Of a stretch of DNA of 20,000 bases, positions 1-9,400 are shown in pieces. Where the stretch lies: NCBI GenBank assembly GCA_000934665.2, contig JYFJ02001671.1, forward strand, positions 53,090 to 73,089. Direction: 5' to 3'. How positions within the stretch are numbered: position 1 is the first letter of the stretch; each line of letters starts with the position of its first letter. Source of the stretch: Catajapyx aquilonaris (taxonomy: Eukaryota). The notes under the pieces were generated by a model. That model worked only from the letters and a program-made list of their open reading frames with translations. It was not told the DNA's origin and searched no databases. Both the position numbers and the translations under genes were made by a program.

Positions 1-205
1 AAGCTTTTCTTTCAGCTTTCCAACTTTCCTGGTCAGACGAAATGCAATTTTAAAAAGCCATGATGATGTCGCATTTGTTAATGCAAAAGAAATTAAACTT
101 GCATTCATGATGGTTCATGTGGAGTACAAATAATTAACATGAGCCCCTGGGGCCGATGTTTCTTTTCCCCTTTTCCATTCCAATCCTCTCCGTTTTGCGA
201 AACAG

Positions 206-409
206 TTCTGAACATCACGCTGATCGACTTGCCGGGTCTGACCAAAGTCCCAGTTGGTGACCAGCCTGTGGATATTGAGGCACAGATCAGGGACATGCTC
301 ATGCAGTTCATTACCAAGGAGACTTGCCTTATTCTGGCTGTCACTCCTGCCAACACTGACTTGGCCACGTCTGATGCCCTCAATCTGGCCAAAATGACGG
401 ATCCTGATG
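206..409 (+). CDS. shi: Dynamin GTPase-domain exon, copy A (G3/switch II), candidate mutually exclusive exon
   Basis: acag|ttctg...gatg|gtaaaa; 204 nt, phase 1-1; encodes (V)[67 protein letters not shown](G). Confidence 0.9.
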
Positions 410-3400
410 GTAAAATAGGACAAGAAGCAGTCAGGGGGGCGGTTTTCGTTTTGCATGAAGATCAGTGTTGCGTACATGTTTCCCTTTGATGTTTCCGCAC
501 AGTCAGGTTACGTTAGCATTGTCAATGCCTGACGTCTCGAAGAGTTATTTTACTCGCACAATTGTATTTTTCGTTTGCTGTGCCACCAGCTTGATACATT
601 GTCTTATTTTTTGTTCGTTTTTTTTGTTTCTATTGCTTTTCAGTCCTGAGCCTGACCCTCATTGACCTCCCAGGCATGACCAAAATCCCTGTAGGTGACC
701 AGCCTGCCGACATAGAGACCCAGATCCGCAACATGATATTGCAGTTCATCAAAAGGGACTCGTGTCTCATTTTAGCCGTGACCCCGGCCAATGCCGATCT
801 GGCCACTTCCGATGCCTTGAAAATGGCCAAGGAAGTTGATCCGCAAGGTATCTCTTTGCTTTTATTTTTTTGAACAATAAGGAAGAGTTTGAAAGGAAAT
901 ATAATAGTCAGATCACTAATTTAAAGGCAAAGTGAGACACTCTAATATCCCAATTGCGTATTCACTCGCAACTAACCGATCTTTTTCATGCCAAAGTGTA
1001 GTGTGAGGATAATGGTGATGTATTATTTACCCCCGCTTTGCATGAATGTCTCAAATTGCATGCTTTTAACACTTGAAGGGTCGCCCCAAATAATGTTGTA
1101 AGTGATTATTGTAACCCATGTCACTTACAACAGTATTCGGGGCGACCCTTCTTGTTGATGTTTTTATTTGTTCTGGGGTTGATTTCACGTCCGTCATGAG
1201 TTGTTGCCGGGATCGACTGACTTTGTGTCTGTGACAGGTATGCGGACCATTGGTGTGATAACCAAGCTTGATCTTATGGATGAGGGAACGGATGCCAGGG
1301 ATATTTTGGAGAACAAACTGCTCCCGCTGAGGAGAGGTTACGTAGGAGTTGTCAACAGGAGCCAGAAAGACATTGATGGTAGAAAAGACATTAAGGCGGC
1401 CTTGGCTGCGGAAAGAAAGTTTTTCTTGAGGTAAGTCGTACATCAAATTAAGATTTTCTCGAGTGTAATATTGTGCATCTCTCTCGCCTTTTAGCCACCC
1501 ATCGTACAGGCATATGGCGGACAAGTGCGGCACACCGTACCTGCAGCGGGTTCTGAATCAGCAGTTGACCAATCACATTCGGGAGTGCTTACCCAGCCTC
1601 AGAGATAAACTCCAGAAGCAGTACTTGCAGCTGGAGAAGGAAGTGGAACAGTTCAAGTATTTTAGGCCGGACGACCCTGCAATCAAGACTAAGGCTATGC
1701 TGCAGTAAGTTTTGTTTGGATCCGATGTTATGACTGTTGCAACCATGAGCACTGAGGATTGCCCTTTCCCTTCAACACAGGATGATCCAGCAGCTCCAGT
1801 CAGACTTTGAGAGGGCCATCGAGGGATCGGGCTCGGCCAACATCAACACGAACGAGCTGTCGGGTGGAGCCAAGATAAATCGCCTTTTCCACGAGCGGTT
1901 CCCGTTTTTGATAGTCAAGACAGAGTTCAACGAGAAGGAGCTGAGGAAGGAGATTGCCTTTGCCATTCGCAACATTCACGGTATCAGAGTCGGACTGTTC
2001 ACTCCTGACATGGCCTTCGAGGCCATCGTCAAGAAGCAGATAGAAGGCCTGAAGGAACCAAGCCTCAACCTTGTAGATCTGGTCGTTATTGAGCTGTGCA
2101 ACGTAGTCCGGTTCTGCACAGACAAGGTAATGCTATGACCTTCGTATGACCTTCAAGTGAACTATGAATAGTTAGGCGTTTATTAAATCATAAGTGCCTT
2201 TCGTGGGCATCACTTCTCATGAAATCTTCCCTCTTAGATGGCAAGGTATCCCCGCTTACGGGAGGAGACCGAACGCGTCATAACGACACACATCCGCGAA
2301 AGGGAGCAGATCTGCAAAGCACAGATACTTCTGCTCAATGACTGCGAGCTGGCCTACATGAACACCAACCACGAGGACTTTATCGGGTTCGCCAAGTGAG
2401 TAAACCGCCCTTTTTTCCATTTCCTGTCACTTTTTTATATATTCAAAGAGCATGCAGTTGTCGTTTTAGGTCATAGATCTTGTAGACGTGTATTGGGTTC
2501 GGGGGCAAAATTTTGGTAAGGATTTCAATGTTTTGCCATGGGGTTCAATCTAGTGAGTGATGAAATGGTCTGCCTCACCATGCCATCACGAGATTGTTAT
2601 GGCGTTTATTTTTTTTCAGTGTTACCATTTTTAACCGTTCCACCCCCCACTTTATAGGTACGATTTATTTGAGCCTGATACGATGGGGCCGGGGAAGATG
2701 ACCAGGCAGGCCAGTTGCACCGGGTGACTAAAAATAGATCTTAAAAAAAATAAACGAGCTCGTGTTTTGTGATAATTAAAAAGCTTGTTGCCATCCCCTC
2801 ACTCACTAAGATTGACTTTGCTGCTAACCCCGTATAGCCAAGCCTCATTACGGCTTCTATTTATTTTGGTGTGCAAGTATGAAGTGAAAGGGGGTGTGAA
2901 ACGAGGGAAAAAAAAAGAAAGGTGTGCCATGCTGACATCATTAATCAAAAGATTTGTAATTTCACAGTACCAAAGAGTTGCTTTTATATAATTTTTTTAG
3001 TAGTTATGTGTGGTTTTTTTTAGTGCATGGAGGAGTATTTTATTGGGTACAAAAATGACAGTTTGCTTTCGAGTGTGTCCGAGTGAAGGAACACTAGCGG
3101 CTTACATGAATACACCATTTATTTATCTGCTCCAACATGTGAACGCGTCGAGTAGTTTGTGATTCCGCAAGATAAATACCGACCATTTGCTCCCCAAAAT
3201 GCTCCTGCACAAAAAATATTTTAAAAAGGTATCGTGGCAAGATTAATGATGGTAACTTTAAGACTTGAGTTGCATTATTCCCAGTTAATGCATGACACAT
3301 CTATTTTAAGTAATATACCCTCATTGGACATTTGCTTTTTTTTTAAATTAAAAAAATAATAATAAACATACATCTCCCATTATTTTAAAACCCAAGACTT

Positions 3401-6400
3401 TTTTTTGGGGGGTAGGCTGGGTTTGGATTTAAGATTTATCCACTGAAGTTTTATCCACAAGTTTTGTATACACCTTTGGGGGAAATGGTGTAACGAGACT
3501 GTATCGCATTGTAAAGTAATGCTTTCACTTTAAAGGCTGCAAAGTTTCCATCCGGCGGACAGAACAGAACGGTCAGTTTACCCAAAGACCTCCTCTAGTC
3601 CAAGCATTTTTAGTTCTGCACAAAACTCTCATATATATTATAAACTATATCGAAAAGTCATTTGCTACTTGACTTTTTTCAAAAAAAGCACGAGGCAAGT
3701 TGTTCAGGACTGACGGCCATCCCATTTTTTTTTTTTTTTTCTCTCTCTCGCTCCTCCCATCCTTTTCGCTTCTTGATCGTTACGGAACAAACCCTGCCTC
3801 AGTGCCCAGCAGAGCAGTGAGAACGCAGCAAAAGCAGGCCGCAAGCTTGGCAACCAGGTGATCCGCAGGGGCTACATGTGCATCCACAACCTGGGGATCA
3901 TGAAGGGTGGATCCAGGGACTACTGGTTTGTTCTCACCTCGGAGAGTCTCTCCTGGTTCAAGGACGAAGAGGTCAGTTGGTCACGTATTTTTAATTGCAC
4001 ACTTGCGCTGGGTTAAGATTTTGGCAATTGCCCGGACCCCTCCGCCACGCTCGCTTCCTCTGCCATGAGGTTGCAAGTGCCAGTTTATGAACTCGAGGGG
4101 AAGATTAATCGCCTCTGTTAAGGAAGCACCTGATTTCGATTCAGATGGAATGTGGGTGTGCCGTAAACAGTGGGACAGATCAGGCACCTCTTATGTCTCG
4201 GTGTGAAAAGTATGATTCCTTTTGGGAGACATGAAGTAATACTTTTTTTTACCGCGTTTGCAGGAGAGAGACAAGAAGTACATGCTTCCTCTTGATGGCC
4301 TTAAATTAAGAGACATCGAGCAAGGGTTCATGTCTCGAAGGCACACATTTGCCATTTTCAATCCAGAAGGGCGAAATGTTTATAAGGTAAGAACCATTTT
4401 TGCCGCCCCCACCTTTTTAAAGTTACGACTTAAATGCAACGTTTGAAATTTGCAGGACTACAAGCAACTCGAGCTCAGCTGCGAAACTGCGGAAGATGTC
4501 GACTCTTGGAAAGCTTCGTTTCTCAGGGCTGGCGTTTATCCCGAGAAGGCTTCGGATCAGCAGAACGGAGACGAGGTCAGTTCGAAATTATCGCTTGGCA
4601 ATGAAAACCAGGGTTTGCAAAGTCCTGTGTTGTTTATGACAATGTGCGTAACTAACACCTTGTCTCTTTGCCCTCTTTTGTTATAGGGAACGGTAAGTGT
4701 TTAAAAATGGGGAAACCTAACTCCAAACAGTTACGACCTAACCTCCCTCCCCACTCAAAAAAGAAAAGGTGAGGTTGATCAGATCCAGTTTGTAGTTGCA
4801 ATTTTAGTTCTGTTTTTTTTGGCAGGCTGGAAACCTTATCCTCTTGATACAGTATTGCTGGGCTCAGTTTCGTTTTGCAAGGGGAGTGGTGTTTGGTTGC
4901 TTTATTTTCCCATGTATCTTTGCGTCGTACATTTTGGTTGGGTGCTCTTGATTTACTGTTACACATTGCTTTACTTAGTTGGAAGCGATGCAGTCCGACT
5001 GGCTATTTTTTATTTACGTTGTTGCACCTCACTATTGCCTGTGTACAAAATAAGTGCACCACATTGTACTCGAATTGATGATCAATAGGTTTTGAATATA
5101 ACTGGGTAAAGTTAAACGATAGTTACTCGATCACTGCGGCAGACCAGATTGAATTGAGCGATGTTATGCCATACTAATGCGGAAATAGGTCACGTAGTTG
5201 TTGATATTTTTCTATGGCAGTGTCTTTACATGGTTTGCAGCAGTATTGCAGCTGCATTGTACTCAATAACTTCGTACAGTTTTGCTCTTTGAACTTGGGG
5301 AAAGGGGTTGCTGCCCTCATTCCGCAAACATGATGAAGATATTAATTAGTGCGAATATGCCAGAGTTGATGGAAGGAGGGCAGTGTGTGCCACGGTGTCC
5401 TTTTGTGTACATACAAATATTTTCACGCCTGATGAGCATCGAATGATGGGAGTGCGAGCTACTTGTCCCTCCCTGATCTTCGATGCTCCTTGCAAATATG
5501 TTTTTGTGTTGTTTTTTTCCCTTCAATGTGCTTTCCCTAAACCATGTTTCTTCTTTCCAAAAATGGCCAAAAATGCTGGTTTCTACAGAATGAGGTGTGT
5601 TCTGCTTAAATGAAATTATTGGTGCATGCAGTGCATTTTGATTTGTGTTTTCTTGCTGCCTGTGCACGGATCTCTTAGCGAGTACCTCGGAGCTTAAATT
5701 GTGCAACTCACATTTGCTGCGTCTGTGTATTTTTGCAGCCGATTTTACACCTTTGTTTTTATCACACGAAACAAATTTTAAGTAGTAGGAAAACGGGAAT
5801 TAGCTCTTTTGTTGCATCTGTCAATAACTACAATTACCTGCCAGTTTCTTCGAGAAATATTTTTGCCAAATTGTAAGTCACTTTTCGAACTATTGCGATA
5901 ATGTTTGATGAAGGTTGTGTTCCAATCCATCCTTTACCCTGGAGTGCGCATGAAAGTAGCCTGTGTTGAGAACCTTTGCACTTGCAGTTGGTTGACATAT
6001 ACTTCCCATGAGCTTACTTGATTACCGCTGGGATTAGTCCGCTGCCTAATCGCAGGCTGGCAGAAATTATGTGAAAGTGACGCATGGACTATCGATTAGC
6101 AGTCGCAGTACCAAGTAAGATTTTGCGGAGGTATGTTAGTGCTCATTCAACACTGGATGTGAAATAGCGTGTTAGGCATACACTGTCGTGTGAGTGTATT
6201 TTATCTGGTGTGCCTTCTTCTCCACCTTTCCCTTTGCCTTTATCGACTTTCTCAGTACATTTGGCGTAGTTTGCATGGATGGGAAGCCTAATGGAAATGC
6301 ATTTTCTTTGCGCTCCCAACCACCCAAAGCAGAGTGGCGGGGACACGTCATCCCTGGATCCTCAACTGGAACGCCAGGTGGAGACGATACGCAACCTGGT

Positions 6401-9400
6401 GGACTCTTACATGAAGATTGTGACCAAGACCACCCGTGACCTGGTGCCCAAGTCAATCATGAACCTTGTCATCAACGATGGTAAGGACTTCATCAACGGG
6501 GAGCTGCTGGCCCAGCTCTACGCCACGGGCGACACGGTCAGTAGCGTCACTTTGGCCTGAAGCTAGGAGAAGCCTGACTCAATGGGGCTTCACTCTTTCA
6601 GCAAGCGATGATGGAGGAGAGTCAGGAGGAGGCGCTTAAGCGAGAGGAGATGCTGCGGATGTACCATGCATGCAAGGAGTCTCTCAGAATCATCGGGGAC
6701 GTCTCCACGGCCACTGTCTCCACCCCACTGCCGCCTCCAATCAGAGGAGGAGACGACCAGTATCTTAGGACAGGTTCAGAGAGTCCCAGGTACGGTAGAG
6801 GTTTGCAGATTGCATCGTGTCGGGCATGACTCCCATTAGCATCAATGCGTTGTTGTGGATGCTGCTTGGTTCCCACTAAAGAGAGGCAGTTGATTCTGCG
6901 GCTATGCTTATTCCCTGATAAGAAAATTGCAATTCATTATTGAAACACCTGTAAAAAAAATTTGAATAGTTGATATCCGCATTTTTAGAGCCACCAGTGT
7001 TTGGGAAGACGAGAAAGCCTAAATATTATCTGCATGTCTTGTCGCTTTTGGTGTGTAGTTACATTTGTCGTTTTTTTTTCTCTCCCCCTCCCTTACCAAC
7101 TCTCTCCGCATGCCCATTGTCGCCCTGTTCTCCTGCTTTTGGTTTTCCCGTCTCCTGTACCCCCTAACCGTATCCAGTCTCCCCAGGCAGCCTCCGTCGT
7201 CACCTGGTGGCCCAAGGAGGGGCCCTCCTCCCACGGCTCCTGCCGCAATGGCCCCAAGCGGAGGTGGGAGGGGCCCCCCTCCAGTACCACTCACCAGGCC
7301 TGCTCCGTCTGTGCCCAACAGGCCCACAGCAGGGGCCCCGCAGGGTGGTAGGCCAGGGGTAGGACTGCCCCCACCGCTCATCCCTTCGTAAGTACACTTT
7401 GTAACATTGCATGTTGTGTTTAAGGAGGTTAGAGGTACAACCAAAGGTACGACCATCTGTAAACGCAAACCAAATCATTGGCCGCAGTCATTAATTCATC
7501 AAGTGTGTATAGATGGTCATACTTTTCGTGTAGGATGCGTAGTGCTTTGGAGAACAAGTGTTTTGTGCATTAACCGTGGAAAGGTGCTTAGAAATTGTAC
7601 GAGCCAGCCAGCGTTTAGAACACAAGTACGTAAGCCGAAGTGACGTAAAGTCCATCCAATCATCAGTAGTGGGAAGTACATGTAGATTGAACTTATCCGC
7701 ACATTTTTGGACAATACCATTTGGCAAGTGTGATCAGAGTTTGTGTTAATCTTGTGTGGAAACATGTCTGCTGCGAAATCTGATAGAAATGTAGTTAATG
7801 TGGTTGTAGAGTAGTTATTCTCTGTCTTGATGATGGAGGCAAATTTGATATTAGCTTTTGTCGTAACCCGTGTGATAACAGGCAAAATTTTTAACCAGAT
7901 TTGGAAAAGGTGCAGTTCCATTTTGTGTAATGCTTCCCGATTCATCTAGTTGTGATTTTATTTGCAGGCTTGTTATTCATGATCCGTCTTACGTTGCCCA
8001 TAAGAAAAACGCCACGGTGTGATGTTTTGGCGGAGAAGTTTGTGGCTGGTTTTTCCAAGCAGCACAGAGGCTCGTTATCGTGGCCCTAATAAAAACCCAC
8101 TTGTTTTCCCGCGCACTATGCATGTCATTAGACATAATTACCGTACTCTATCAGCAAGTGGACCTTTTTTTTTTCTTTTCCTATTTTGTATGATCTCAAT
8201 TCCTTCGAGATTGTCACCTCTGCACAAAATAACAATATTTAAACCCCTTCCCGAACTAAACAATAATAATAATAATTGTTTACTTCTAGAAGGGGTTTCA
8301 ATATTGTTATTTTGTGCAGAAGTGACAATCTCTCACTTTTCGGGTGTTTCTTTTGCCCTTCGAAAAGTGCGAGCGCAAGATGTGACTAGTGAAGGTTCCT
8401 TCACTAGTCACATCTTGCGCTCGCACTTTTTGCAGCTTTTGGAACCTATTGTTGTTCATTCAGCTCCATTGGTGCATGGCACTAACTTTTTTTCCGCATT
8501 GGGGGATATCACAGTGTTAACGCAATGCACCACTGGTCCAGTTTATATTTTTTGGTGTATTAAACGAGAAGTTGTCTTCCATACCTGGAGATCAGAGTTG
8601 GTTTTTTTTTTTACTCCTGTGTTTTTTGGTGTGCTTTGGAACAGGATGCTTCGAAAATAGTGTACTGGGCATCTCTGAATTGTTATATTTTGTACTGTCA
8701 AATTTGTGGTAGCGAGGCATCCTGCTACAGTCCGTCACACAGTAAATGCTTTACTGTGTGATGGACTGTAGTTGCTTGTTTTTCCGCGGTCATGTTAGAC
8801 CTGGGACGTAGCCAATTAACATGAACTTTCGTAACGATTAACCAGCATGCGAGTGTCCCAGATCTAATGTGCCCCGTGCACGTGATGCTTTCCGTAGAAC
8901 TAGTGAAAGATAAACAGTGGTGCATTTTCCAGTGCATTAAAAAAAAATTACATGCTTTTTGCTTTTTTTTGACTTCTTCCCCCAATTGGGTGTGTTCATA
9001 TAATTAATTCCCATTATTGCCCCCAACAAAACTGGTGGACAGGGTTTTGGCAAAGCCTTTATCTTTAATCTTCTTTTCTGTCGTCTCCTCCCCACTTTTT
9101 TTTTGTTCGTTCTCTTTCGCCAACTTGAAACAACAAGGCGCACCTCGCCCCAACCTCGTTGAGTGTGCACAAGGACAAAGCGGACTTGTTCTAGGTTTAG
9201 GTTCCACTTGGCACTTGATTGTAGGAGAAGGAGGAGGAGGAGGAAGGGGGGATTAAAAAAAAAAAGAGTAACAAAATGAGAAGAAGTGTGGCTTATATAG
9301 TTGTTTAAGAATCTACGAATCAAGCTCTCTCTTGGTCTCTCTCGTGTTGTTGTTAATTGCTACTAATCGCTGCAATAATGTCAAGTTTGGCAGCACTTTT

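Noticed and set aside
206..409. Exon A as the remnant of a separate upstream dynamin paralogue or pseudogene
   Set aside because: It has the same length and phase as exon B, an intact frame and splice sites, mostly conservative changes, and no other duplicated exons. Exon duplication fits better, although the upstream sequence is unseen.
2652..2876. Possible recursive splice site (tatag|gtacg, 2657) and a 39-nt in-frame pseudo-exon (2838-2876)
   Set aside because: The intron is only 1.4 kb. The pseudo-exon has a poorly spaced branch point and encodes an implausible hydrophobic insert.
6478..6486. Donor-like atg|gtaagg inside the GED exon
   Set aside because: Dynamin homology continues through it ([16 protein letters not shown]), and its phase does not match the next acceptor at 6602.
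7386..7393. Stop codon embedded in the splice donor (tc|gtaa, also aa|gtaa at 9736) as a special mechanism
   Set aside because: Any phase-2 intron starting GTAA creates an in-frame TAA, as also seen at 1431 and 1705, so it is not evidence by itself.
8019..8660. 213-aa ORF and other 60-140 aa ORFs across 4650-6300 and 7400-14200
   Set aside because: Low-complexity Phe/Leu/Lys-rich translations of T- and A-run intron or UTR sequence with no recognisable domain.
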